64,000 bases of DNA from Nitrospirales bacterium (GTDB taxonomy: Bacteria; Nitrospirota; Nitrospiria; Nitrospirales; UBA8639): assembly GCA_965223295.1 (NCBI GenBank), contig CBDCWC010000002.1, forward strand, positions 1,600,001-1,664,000, read 5' to 3'. This document shows, piece by piece, positions 50,108-59,845 of the stretch. The stretch's first letter is position 1, and every line of letters begins with the position of its first letter. The translations under genes were made by a program, and so were the position numbers. The notes under the pieces are model-generated. The model searched no databases. It had not been told where the DNA came from and saw only the letters and a list, made by a program, of their open reading frames with translations.

Positions 50108-50638
50108 TTACATACCTTCACGCTGGTAACATAACAAAGCATCTAAAAAAGCATGATTCGCAAGATTGGCAGCAGTGGAAGTAAGATATTGGTCTATCGC
50201 TTCGCAATAACTACTTTTCTGTCCACGCCGACAAGGCTTCAGCGGCAGAGTAGAATCAGGGAGTCCTTCTCGAGCCACTTTTTCTGCATGTATCCGTTCT
50301 TGCTCCTGCCGAATTATTTCACTCTTCAGAAATGCAATTTGCCGTGGCAGCCCGTCTGCCAGGACAATAGCCTCGGGGATAGACGCCTGCAGTGAAGCCA
50401 GCATTACGTTTCTGAACGAAGCGGACTTTACATACCGGAGCGCCTTATCCATGTCGGCCTGAAGAAAGGAGAGATTGGTTGGACAAGCGACTTGAGCCGC
50501 CTTTAAATTACTTGGTGATTCAGTTTCAACATTTTCCTCTTGGTCCTCAGCCTCCACTCGTGGATGTAAAAGAACCCCCACAACTAGGGTAACCACAACC
50601 AAGGCTGCCAAGCATCGCTTTGAAAGTTTGATCATCAT
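50108..50638 (-). CDS. Hypothetical exported protein
   Basis: Signal peptide (…VEA); four Cys in the mature part. Confidence 0.6.
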   Translation of the reverse strand: MMIKLSKRCLAALVVVTLVVGVLLHPRVEAEDQEENVETESPSNLKAAQVACPTNLSFLQADMDKALRYVKSASFRNVMLASLQASIPEAIVLADGLPRQIAFLKSEIIRQEQERIHAEKVAREGLPDSTLPLKPCRRGQKSSYCEAIDQYLTSTAANLANHAFLDALLCYQREGM

Positions 50639-50644
50639 TCGTTC

Positions 50645-51562
50645 TCACATGATCAATTCACCAAGACCATACACCCGATACTCTTCCCCATTATACTGGA
50701 GAACTCCAACAACTACGCCCATTCCAAATCCCCCAATGCCCCAATTGCCCATAGATTTCAAATCATAAATCTGCAATCGGGTATGGCCTGCTCCCGCCTG
50801 ACTGACCCAGTTAACACTCCACGCACTTGGCCATCGAAATAGGCCCCACGCTTGGGTACTGTCCAAGAGCGTTAGTTGCAAGGCTTGAAAAGGTTCTGTT
50901 TTCCCATGAATAGCTAAAAATCCCTCCAAGGTTCCAACTAACGGTGCAAGCTGATCGCTTTCTTGTGAATGAACATACAGGTCACCAAGTCCCTCAACCA
51001 CTAAATACAGTCCCTGAAAATGTTTCCACAGACCCCAGTAGGTTCGCGTTAGGCGATTAAAATCGGGCATCATAAAATATTCATAAATCACCCGCCCTTG
51101 CACTGTTCTGCCATTCCAAGTCAAGACGGCTGCAGAGGATCCTAACCAATAACGTCCTCCCTCATGTTCCCGGTCCAGGCGAGTTGGAATAGGGTCAATT
51201 GATAGGGTCAAATCATTTGAGGCACTCACGATAGAAAGTCCCCCTTGAGCCGTCCCCGTAATCTGGAAGAAATCTGATGATGGAATGGTTTCTAATTCTT
51301 TGTTGATGTTTTCATAGGCCCCATTCCCTTGAAGAGGAATCCACCCCTTATGTTCATCATGGAGAACAACGAAATGTTCCGCTTGCCAGAACTCCCTGTC
51401 TCGACCACGATTATTGTCTAATGCCAGAGATACATGTCCCTGAGCATCTTCACCTACAAAGGAAACGTAATCGGAAACGTACAGAAGGGAAGTTGGAGGA
51501 AGAGCAGGCTCAGAAGACGAAAGAATGGATGCATCGCTCCTAAAGCCAAGAGCTGGGAACAA
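50645..51562 (-). CDS. Hypothetical beta-rich protein (start uncertain)
   Basis: 305-aa ORF co-oriented with its neighbours; Trp/Gly-rich beta-strand pattern. Confidence 0.6.
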   Translation of the reverse strand: MFPALGFRSDASILSSSEPALPPTSLLYVSDYVSFVGEDAQGHVSLALDNNRGRDREFWQAEHFVVLHDEHKGWIPLQGNGAYENINKELETIPSSDFFQITGTAQGGLSIVSASNDLTLSIDPIPTRLDREHEGGRYWLGSSAAVLTWNGRTVQGRVIYEYFMMPDFNRLTRTYWGLWKHFQGLYLVVEGLGDLYVHSQESDQLAPLVGTLEGFLAIHGKTEPFQALQLTLLDSTQAWGLFRWPSAWSVNWVSQAGAGHTRLQIYDLKSMGNWGIGGFGMGVVVGVLQYNGEEYRVYGLGELIM

Positions 51563-51719
51563 GACCCCACTCCCTACCCACGCAATAACAGAAAAAACCC
51601 AAGACCAATTAGATGGTTGGTACAGAACAATCCCTTAGAAACGGAATGGGGAAATACCAATGCACGCAACATTCTCGCATCAGAGTATAGGTATATTGTA
51701 GAAGCGAATCGAGGAAATA

Positions 51720-52733
51720 CTATTCTTTAACGACAAAATGCCCCCGACGATTTTCTTGCCAACAGGCTTCCGTCTGTTCCATGCAAAACGGTTTCTCTTT
51801 TCCGAAACTCACGATTTGAAGGTTCTCCTCTGGAATACCAAGATCTTTGAGAAACCCTTGTACAGCCTTCGCTCGTCGCTCGCCCAACACGATATTGTAG
51901 CTTTGAGTTCCTCGTTGATCGCAATGTCCCTCGATGATAATTTCCTGACCAGCAAATTTTTCCGTTAAGATCTTGGCATTTACTTCTAACAGGGACACGG
52001 CATCCTCTCGAATAGCAAACTGGTCATAATCAAAGAATACGTCACTGAGCATGACTTCCAGATCTTCAGTGGTTATTTCACGATCCAGGGCTTCTTGTGG
52101 CATGACTTTCGCCATTTGAATGGGTTCATCTTCAACAGACGACTTCGGCGTACCCGCATCATCGCCTGAGTTCACTTCGGCTTTCGCCACAATTTGTGGC
52201 TCTTCAATCAACATCTCTGCAGCCCCTCCTTCTTTACCTAGGTTGGGTAACGCCGGCAATTCTGGCTCAATCGAAATGGAAGGAATACCTACATCAGAGA
52301 TGTGTTCTCTTCCCGGTTCTTGAGCTTGAGCTGAAGAGACAGCGGCCTGCTCCCCTTGCTTGGAAAAATTGGATTCAGGCGCGAGGTCTGAGTGAGGAAT
52401 GTTATCACCAGGATCTGAAGAGGCTTTAGATTTTGCAAGAATTTCTGATTCCGTGTTTGGACGAATCATAGGCCTTGCTGGTTCTTCAACGGGAATATCC
52501 AAGGCCGGCACAGTTCGAATGTTATCTTCTTCAATAGGCTGAGGCTGCACTGTTTCATCAATCAGTTGTTCTGGTTGCAACTCAGCCACTTTCATCTTTG
52601 GACCATCAATCCCTGTCACAGTAGTCGTCCGCAATTGAGCACTACACCCCGTTAGCAATGCCATAATACAAACTTTGGACACCAGCACTTTAACGCTGTT
52701 TTTTATTTGAGTGTTCATTCTTTGTTGTATCAT
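51720..52733 (-). CDS. OmpA/Pal-like peptidoglycan-associated lipoprotein with long acidic linker
   Basis: Lipobox LTGC; C-terminal DVFFDYD, IEGHCDQRGT..YNIVLGERRA, VSFGKEKP, NRRGHF. Confidence 0.85.
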   Translation of the reverse strand: MIQQRMNTQIKNSVKVLVSKVCIMALLTGCSAQLRTTTVTGIDGPKMKVAELQPEQLIDETVQPQPIEEDNIRTVPALDIPVEEPARPMIRPNTESEILAKSKASSDPGDNIPHSDLAPESNFSKQGEQAAVSSAQAQEPGREHISDVGIPSISIEPELPALPNLGKEGGAAEMLIEEPQIVAKAEVNSGDDAGTPKSSVEDEPIQMAKVMPQEALDREITTEDLEVMLSDVFFDYDQFAIREDAVSLLEVNAKILTEKFAGQEIIIEGHCDQRGTQSYNIVLGERRAKAVQGFLKDLGIPEENLQIVSFGKEKPFCMEQTEACWQENRRGHFVVKE

Positions 52734-53073
52734 ACTGAACCTCCCGATCTACACGCACTCAAACCAATAACATCCAGAAATCCCACTAAATCAAATCCCC
52801 TCTTCCTTACATCAACTCTAAAAAGTCTTATCACAATGAGTCAAGGATGTCGTTCCAAATCTTTTCGGGGTTTTCTTACTCACTACGACAAGAGTTTCGA
52901 CAACAGGCTCACGACTTTCTCAAAACTGGGGCAAATCTTCTCTCCTTGAATAGTGAAAAAAAACCCCCTGACCTGTCATCGTGACCTGCCAGGAGGTTAT
53001 CTAGGAAAATTTGAGGGATCTTAGAGACCACCCCAAGACATAAATCATGCCAATCAACAATAACCCGAACCTC

Positions 53074-53349
53074 TTATTCAGCTCCTGCTTTCAGTTCATT
53101 GACTTTTCCTTTTACTCGTTCAAAGGCCGCCTTGGTTTTTCCTTTGGCCCGCTCCATAGTGGCACTCATGTCATTGCCTTTAGCCTCTTCCATCTGAGCT
53201 TTGATTTCGCCTTTCATCTCTTCATTTTTAGCTTTAGCCTCGCCCTTTATGGCTTCAGCTTTGGCCTTGATTTCTCCTGCTATACCAACCCCAAGGAACC
53301 CTCCTAAGGAAAACATGACCACAGTTAACACAATGATAATTTTTTTCAT
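53074..53349 (-). CDS. Small secreted Lys/Ala/Glu-rich protein
   Basis: MKKIII signal peptide; repeated KGE.KA units. Confidence 0.65.
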   Translation of the reverse strand: MKKIIIVLTVVMFSLGGFLGVGIAGEIKAKAEAIKGEAKAKNEEMKGEIKAQMEEAKGNDMSATMERAKGKTKAAFERVKGKVNELKAGAE

Positions 53350-53618
53350 GATACTCACCCTTTCTAAGAGGGGGTAAAGTAAATGATGTGTCCGTATTCC
53401 TAGTATACGGCACAAATGAATTGTCTCAGTAACCCAAAAGACAAGTCAAATCTTTCGTATTGAGAGATACATTGAGACTACACTGCAGTTATTTATACAC
53501 GAAAATAGAATTGTCGATGCCCGGCTAAACTCTCTCCCACGAATTCACAGAATTCATTTTAGTTAACTATCCAAATCCCTTTGAAGATCATATTCTAAGC
53601 GAATAACAGACACAGGCA

Positions 53619-54687
53619 ATAAACCATAGACGGCCAGGATTTTCTCTTGGAGTCATCATCAGTCTCCTTTTCGGATTGAGTCTTAGTTTTACATTCATCT
53701 CCTGGGCAGCCCTGCCAGGTGAAAAAGAGTGGGAAGTCCCATTGGGATTATTGGGATTATTGGGATTAGATGAGAATGTCCTTGTCATCCCCGAAGATAA
53801 CCCCTTGACACACGAAAAAGGTCAAACTCGGGAAACTTCTATTTTTTGACAAAGGCCTTTCTAAAAATGACACCATCCCCTGCGGAAGTTATCATCTACC
53901 ACACTTAGCTTTTACAGATGGAAACCTTTCTCAGAAAGTATCTATGGCCTACGAGGAGCTCGAAACGCGCCAGCTTCGATTAATCGACTATTTAGTTCGG
54001 CTCAATTCTGGGATGGACGTTCAACCAGCTTGGAGGAGTAAGCGAGCGACCCTTTGGTCAATTGAGTTGAACATGGCTTTGCCTATCACGAAGAGTATGT
54101 GACCAAAATCAAAACGATCAAGAGATACCAGAGACTTTTCCAGAAAACATTTCGTGGACCCATTACAAAAGAACGGATCGCACAAGCTTTAGCGAGCTTT
54201 CAGCGAACCATTCTTTCCTGGAACAGTCCCTATAATCAGTACGACTATGGAGGAGACGACAACGCTCTTTCTCTCAGCGCTCTACGCGGATTGAATCTAT
54301 TCTTAGAAAAGCCGTGATGTGCCCATTGCCATTTTGGTTCTAATTTCACTGACGAAAAATTTCATAACCTAGGAGTTGATTGGGACACTGCACATATTGA
54401 TTTGGGACGATTTACCGTGACCAACGATCAACAAGACATCTGGGCATTTAAGACACTGGCCTTGCGAGAAATCTCTCGCACAGCCCCATACATACACAAT
54501 ACGATTCGCCACGCTACGCCAAGTCATAGATTTTTATGATCAAGGAGATATTCAGAATCTCCACCAAGACAAGACAATTATTTTGCTCAATTTAGCAGAT
54601 CGAGAAAAAAAGGATATCATTAAATTTTTACAGTATTTAAATTGCGAAGGCTGGCAAATAGACCCACCAACAAAATTTCCGCAATAA
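53619..54687 (+). pseudogene. Di-heme cytochrome c peroxidase (CCP/MauG family) pseudogene
   Basis: Across frames: PEDNPLT, LGKLLFFDKGLS, CGSYH (decayed CxxCH), RNAP, QFWDGR..SLEE*, CAHCH, FTDEKFHNLG, TAPYIHN; several frameshifts and stops. Confidence 0.9.
53742..53768 (+). repeat. Tandem repeat (TTGGGATTA)x3
   Basis: Three exact 9-mers within the CCP pseudogene. Confidence 0.9.
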
Positions 54688-54739
54688 GAAAATTCGCGAG
54701 TTTGGATGATCCAAAAAATTTTCGAAGTGCACACCCAAT

Positions 54740-56392
54740 TTAGGGATTTTTAAGCTGTATAAGACCTGAGGTTTTTTGAGTATCGAGATCGGCGTAGAAG
54801 TCTTTGCCTTCATGGTTGACGACGACAAAGGCGGGGAAATCCTCGACTTCGATTTTCCAGACGGCTTCCATACCAAGATCTTGATATTCCAGAACTTCCA
54901 CTTTTTTAATACTATGTTCCGCTAAGCGTGCAGCGGGCCCCCCGATAGAGCCTAGATAAAATCCACCATATTTCCCACAGGCCTCACGAACCTGTTTAGA
55001 CCGATTTCCTTTGGCCAGCATGACCATGCTTCCACCAACAGCCTGAAACTGATCCACATAAGAATCCATACGGCCTGCCGTGGTCGGGCCAAACGAGCCT
55101 GAGGGCAACCCGTCAGGTTTTTTCGCAGGACCGGCATAATAAATGGCATGATCTTTCATGTATTGCGGAAGCTTTTCTCCTGAATCCAACCGCTCTTTGA
55201 GTTTGGCATGGGCAATATCTCGTGCGACGACAAGAGGCCCGGTCAGGGATAGCCTCGTAGCCACTGGATGTCTGCGCAGTTCAGCCAAGATTTCCGGCAT
55301 GGGCCGATTCAAGTCAACCTTGACCACGTGTCCATCGAGGTCTTCCTCGGTTACATCCGGAAGGTATTGCGCAGGATTGGTTTCAAGCTGTTCAAGGAAG
55401 ACACCCTCTTTCGTAATCTTGCCTAACACTTGCCGGTCGGCTGAGCAGGATACACCCAGTCCAACGGGACAAGACGCACCATGCCGCGGCAAGCGAATGA
55501 CTCGGACGTCATGAGCAAAATATTTCCCGCCGAATTGCGCACCAATACCCGTTTCAGCGCAGAGCTGGAAGATTTGTTGTTCTAGCTCCAGATCTCGAAA
55601 GGCTCGACCTTGTGCATTGCCTGTTGTAGGCAAATCATCCAGGTAGTGACAACTGGCTAGCTTCACGGTTTTCAGCGTGAATTCTGCTGACATACCACCC
55701 ACAACCAGCGCCAAATGATAGGGAGGACATGCTGAAGTTCCTAACGTGCGAATCTTTTCAGCCACGAAGGTCAGCAGCGATTTTGGATTAAGAAGCGCTT
55801 TGGTCTCTTGATAGAGAAAGGTTTTGTTGGCAGACCCTCCACCCTTGGCGATGAACAGAAAGCGGTATTCTTGGCCGGGTTCAGCGTAGAGATCTACCTG
55901 AGCCGGGAGATTATTACCGGTATTTTTCTCCTTGTACATATCGAGTGGTGCCATCTGCGAGTAACGCAAGTTGCGTTGATCATAGGCTTCATAGATACCA
56001 CGAGACAGGGCTTCTGCATCGTTTCCGGTCGTGAAGACCTGCTGCCCCTTGTACCCCAGTGTGATTGCCGTTCCAGTGTCCTGACATCCTGGGAGCACAC
56101 GCCCTGCCGCAATATTGGCATTTTTGAGTAGTTCTAAAGCCACGAAGCGATCATTATCGGAAGCTTCAGGGTCGTCCAAAATCCTTGCTAACTGTGCGAG
56201 GTGACTCGGTCGCAATAAATGGGTCACATCATCCATTGCCTCACGTGCCAACAACGTGAGTGCTTCCTGAGAAACTTTGAGAATTTCTTGTTCTTCGAAA
56301 ATAGTCGTAGAAACATAATCTGCCGTTAGTTTCCGATACGGCGTGGTATCCCTCATATGTTCAAAGATCTCTTGGTACTGAAAATCGGCCAT
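54740..56392 (-). CDS. fumA: Class I (Fe-S) fumarate hydratase
   Basis: [50 protein letters not shown]. Confidence 0.93.
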   Translation of the reverse strand: MADFQYQEIFEHMRDTTPYRKLTADYVSTTIFEEQEILKVSQEALTLLAREAMDDVTHLLRPSHLAQLARILDDPEASDNDRFVALELLKNANIAAGRVLPGCQDTGTAITLGYKGQQVFTTGNDAEALSRGIYEAYDQRNLRYSQMAPLDMYKEKNTGNNLPAQVDLYAEPGQEYRFLFIAKGGGSANKTFLYQETKALLNPKSLLTFVAEKIRTLGTSACPPYHLALVVGGMSAEFTLKTVKLASCHYLDDLPTTGNAQGRAFRDLELEQQIFQLCAETGIGAQFGGKYFAHDVRVIRLPRHGASCPVGLGVSCSADRQVLGKITKEGVFLEQLETNPAQYLPDVTEEDLDGHVVKVDLNRPMPEILAELRRHPVATRLSLTGPLVVARDIAHAKLKERLDSGEKLPQYMKDHAIYYAGPAKKPDGLPSGSFGPTTAGRMDSYVDQFQAVGGSMVMLAKGNRSKQVREACGKYGGFYLGSIGGPAARLAEHSIKKVEVLEYQDLGMEAVWKIEVEDFPAFVVVNHEGKDFYADLDTQKTSGLIQLKNP

Positions 56393-56498
56393 GCCTGTGC
56401 TCCTTGATTCTTCTACTTTACTATATATGATTGTGCCTTTGTTGCAGGCCCTACGGTAATCATTGCTCACCATTCTTTGCAAGAGATGTTTCCGCAAG

Positions 56499-56618
56499 GA
56501 GTTTGTTGAAAAAATCCACCAGCGGCGTTCTCACCATTTTTCCGTGCTCACGTACGACATATACGCTCCGCGCGTAAAAATGGCTGCGGCCTTGCTGGAT
56601 GAATTTTTTGAACAACTC
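56499..56618 (-). mobile_element. MITE-like element, copy 8 (core only)
   Basis: Ends GAGTTTGTTGAAAAAA / TTTTTTGAACAACTC around the conserved core AAAAATGGCTGCGGCCTTGCTGGA. Confidence 0.8.
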
Positions 56619-56745
56619 ACAAGCTCCGAGCCCCCAAGTCCGCCTGAGCAAATTTGTCTGTGGCACTCAGTAATATCTCTCACTCTCTCTAAAAGCTCCA
56701 TCAGATAATCACTCAGTTGCCTGAATCGCATCTTAGGTTTAGACT

Positions 56746-57099
56746 ATGAGCATGCCAAACAAGAGAACGGTGGGAACAATCAGTCTCGTACTAATCTGTG
56801 CGAGCGTTCTATTAATCTGCGGCAGTTTGAGTCTTTTGTGTCCTATGACCAGTCCTGCCGCTGAAGCTTCTTCTTTGCCGGCCCATCACACGACATTTGG
56901 AGACAATGATTGCTTTGAAGCGTTGACCTCTTTTTCTGAGCCATTAGAACAATTATCGGGACACACCTATTTATTCGAATCCCTATCTTCTCACAGACAT
57001 GAAAAGCAGTGTAGTCAGCCGATTCCTCACTGTGTTCGAGCTTTTCCTGATAGCGATAGTCCTCCTCGATATCTCTTCCTCTCCACATTTCTGATTTGA
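56746..57099 (+). CDS. Small Cys/His-rich exported protein upstream of the copper oxidase
   Basis: Hydrophobic N-terminus, HH and Cys residues, C-terminal SPPRYLFLSTFLI resembling small proteins ahead of metal-resistance operons. Confidence 0.55.
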   Translation: MSMPNKRTVGTISLVLICASVLLICGSLSLLCPMTSPAAEASSLPAHHTTFGDNDCFEALTSFSEPLEQLSGHTYLFESLSSHRHEKQCSQPIPHCVRAFPDSDSPPRYLFLSTFLI

Positions 57100-57201
57100 T
57101 TCATCTCCTCGTTGGGCCTTCGTCCTACCCTTTCGAGGGTAACGTCTCCCTATTTACAGGGTGCGCAACTTTTTTGTATTCCCAGACACGAAAGGCAAAA
57201 T

Positions 57202-58464
57202 ATGCTGAAGCGCAGTTTATCTCAATTTCGACTATCGTTTGTGTTGGTTCTCGTCAGTACATTTCATACACCGGTCTATGCTGAAACCATGAAAGAGCAC
57301 CTTCCCGGTACAACAACTCACCAAGATCACCAGATCTTTCCATCAAAAAAAATGGAAATGCGCGATTCCTTGGGGAGAATTAAGGCTCCCCGTATCGAGG
57401 AAGGGAAAACCTACTCTCTCCCGCCGCAGCTCATGGGTATACAGATGGGTAAAGTAAATACGGTGAACGTCCCACCGCTCGGTTATGATTTAGACGGAAC
57501 CGTCAAGGTTTTCACGCTTATCGCCCAACCATTCATGCACGAGTTCACCAATGGTAGACCCATGGACCAATCGCTTATTCCCATGATGAATCGTTTTTCT
57601 GGTGAGATGACCAGTCAGATGACTCACACGTCACAAAAAGGTCTGGTGTGGGGATATAACGGCTCAGTCCCTGGTCCTACCATCGAAGTGACCGAAGGTG
57701 ATCGCATTCGAGTGATCCTCATCAATGAATTACCTGAACCAACTTCGATTCACTGGCATGGGTTGGAAGTTCCCAACACACAAGATGGCGCCGGCGGGGT
57801 GACCGAACCTCCGACACCACCAGGAGGGAAGCATGTGTATGAATTCACCCTCTACCAGCATGGCACCTTCATGTATCACACCGGATTTAATGTCATGAAA
57901 CAAGATGCTTTAGGGTTAGGGGGTCTGTTGGTCGTCCATCCCCAACAGCCCAAGTCTAAGCTAGACAAAGAATTTGCGATCATGTTGCAAGAATGGACGT
58001 TTGCTCCAGGAAACCCCAACCCTAACATCAGCTCAATGGACTTCAACTGGTTTACGTTTAACGGAAAGGCTGCTCCAAGCATCGACTCTCTCCACTTGCA
58101 ACAGGGTGAACGCGTACGAATTCGGTTCGGGAATTTGAGCATGCAAAGCCACCCTATCCATATTCATGGTTACTCTTGGCGAGTCGTCGGGACGGAAGGT
58201 GGGCCTATTCCAAAGGCCGCACAATGGCGAGGCTCGACGATTAACGTTCCGCCAGGCACGACCAGAGACGTGGAGTTTGTAGCCTGGAATCCTGGAACTT
58301 GGCGAATGCACTGCCATCGTCTCCATCATGTCATGAATGCCATGGCCGATGCCCCCATGGGCATCATGCCCCATGGCGGGATGTTTACCCTCGTCCATGT
58401 GAACCCATCGGATCCGCGCGCCAAATGGCAACATCCCAATCAATCTCAGGAGGGTACGCCATGA
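57202..58464 (+). CDS. Two-domain multicopper oxidase (CopA-like)
   Basis: Signal peptide, Met-rich region, WGYNGSVPGP, SIHWHG, HPIHIHG, HCHRLHH. Confidence 0.88.
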   Translation: MLKRSLSQFRLSFVLVLVSTFHTPVYAETMKEHLPGTTTHQDHQIFPSKKMEMRDSLGRIKAPRIEEGKTYSLPPQLMGIQMGKVNTVNVPPLGYDLDGTVKVFTLIAQPFMHEFTNGRPMDQSLIPMMNRFSGEMTSQMTHTSQKGLVWGYNGSVPGPTIEVTEGDRIRVILINELPEPTSIHWHGLEVPNTQDGAGGVTEPPTPPGGKHVYEFTLYQHGTFMYHTGFNVMKQDALGLGGLLVVHPQQPKSKLDKEFAIMLQEWTFAPGNPNPNISSMDFNWFTFNGKAAPSIDSLHLQQGERVRIRFGNLSMQSHPIHIHGYSWRVVGTEGGPIPKAAQWRGSTINVPPGTTRDVEFVAWNPGTWRMHCHRLHHVMNAMADAPMGIMPHGGMFTLVHVNPSDPRAKWQHPNQSQEGTP

Positions 58465-59816
58465 AGAGGCACATATTCCCTACCCTCCTCATCATCCTTA
58501 CGTTGCATGGATGTGCCAGTGTGAACGTCGAGCAAGACCACGGACGAATGCAACAGGAAAGTCTGCATCGCGTTGGCCAGCCTGTCGTATGGCAGCACAC
58601 CGCTGAAGATCGCATTCAAACCCAGAAGATAGTGGAAGAATTGTTGAAAGATGGACTGACTCGTAAAGAAGCGATCCGCGTCAGCTTGTTAAACAATCCA
58701 CAGCTGCAAGCCCATTTTCAGACGTTGGGTATTGCCCGTGCCGATGTGGTGCAGGCCGGATTGTACACGAATCCTTCCCTCGGAGCCTTGTTTCGTTTTC
58801 CAACTTCCGGCGGAAGTGGAACAGGGATGGAACTCGATCTGCTATTGAGAATTTCCGACTTGTGGAACGTCCCTCTCCGACGCAACGTCGCGGAAATCGA
58901 GGCCCTACGCATCAGCCAACTCGTCATACAGGAAATTCTTCGGACAGCCGCTGCCGCACGAGATACCTTTGATGACCTCCTCCTGCAACGGGCGCTGTAT
59001 CGTTTCATGGAAGGCAATGTGTCTCTTTTTCAAACGACTGTCCAGGAACTCCAAGTCCGGTTTCATGCCGGCCTCGTCAATGATCTGGATATTTATTTAG
59101 CAGAAAATGTGTTATTCGAAGGCCAGGTCGACTTAGCCCGCATTAAATCCAGTTTGATTACCGCGCGTGCGCGGCTCCTTGAGACACTGGGACTGGACCC
59201 TCTCGGGCATGACACCTTCAGGATAACCGGCAATCTCGAAAAGATGCCCTTACGGAAACTTTCAGCTGAGAAGGGTTGGCAATTTGCCCAACGTCACCGA
59301 GTCGATTTGCAACTCACTCGTTTGCAAATTTCTCAGACCCGCCGTCTACTGGACTGGCAGAAGGCTCGCATCTTCGGGGACGTTGGACTCGGGGGTAATT
59401 ACACACGAGAGCTCGATCAGCTCAACAGTGTCGGACCGCTGCTGGTCCTCCAAATTCCCATCTTCAATCAAAATCAAGGGGGCATTGCACGAGCAGAATT
59501 TCAGTACCAGCAAGCCCACCATCAATTAGAAGCCACAGAGCTTGCGACCAAACAAGATATTCAACAGCTGTTAGGTGAGCTCGCGTTTCATGAAACCCAT
59601 GCGCAATTATTTCGGGATAAGATGCTCGTGGCGCAAGAAAAGGCCCTTGACTATGTGGAGCGTTTTTATTCGACCATGCAACTCAATAGCATCTTTCTCA
59701 TCGAAGCCCGTCGTCGCATCTTAAGCACACAACGAGGTTATTTTCAGGCCTTGCGGGCTTACCGCCGAACCGAGTCCATGCTGCAGGTCGCTCTCGGTGG
59801 ACAATACCCACAGTAA
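58461..59816 (+). CDS. TolC-family outer-membrane factor (copper-resistance type) lipoprotein
   Basis: Lipobox LHGC, LLNNPQLQA..LGIARADVVQAGLYTNP, QIPIFNQNQG; start overlaps the oxidase stop. Confidence 0.88.
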   Translation: MKRHIFPTLLIILTLHGCASVNVEQDHGRMQQESLHRVGQPVVWQHTAEDRIQTQKIVEELLKDGLTRKEAIRVSLLNNPQLQAHFQTLGIARADVVQAGLYTNPSLGALFRFPTSGGSGTGMELDLLLRISDLWNVPLRRNVAEIEALRISQLVIQEILRTAAAARDTFDDLLLQRALYRFMEGNVSLFQTTVQELQVRFHAGLVNDLDIYLAENVLFEGQVDLARIKSSLITARARLLETLGLDPLGHDTFRITGNLEKMPLRKLSAEKGWQFAQRHRVDLQLTRLQISQTRRLLDWQKARIFGDVGLGGNYTRELDQLNSVGPLLVLQIPIFNQNQGGIARAEFQYQQAHHQLEATELATKQDIQQLLGELAFHETHAQLFRDKMLVAQEKALDYVERFYSTMQLNSIFLIEARRRILSTQRGYFQALRAYRRTESMLQVALGGQYPQ

Positions 59817-59845
59817 CCTTTTGTGACGCAGACCGTTTGCGGGAT

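Noticed and set aside
4398-56618. Possible CRISPR array from the recurring repeats
   Set aside because: Repeats are dispersed, 120-280 bp long, and show no regular repeat-spacer pattern; no cas genes are present.
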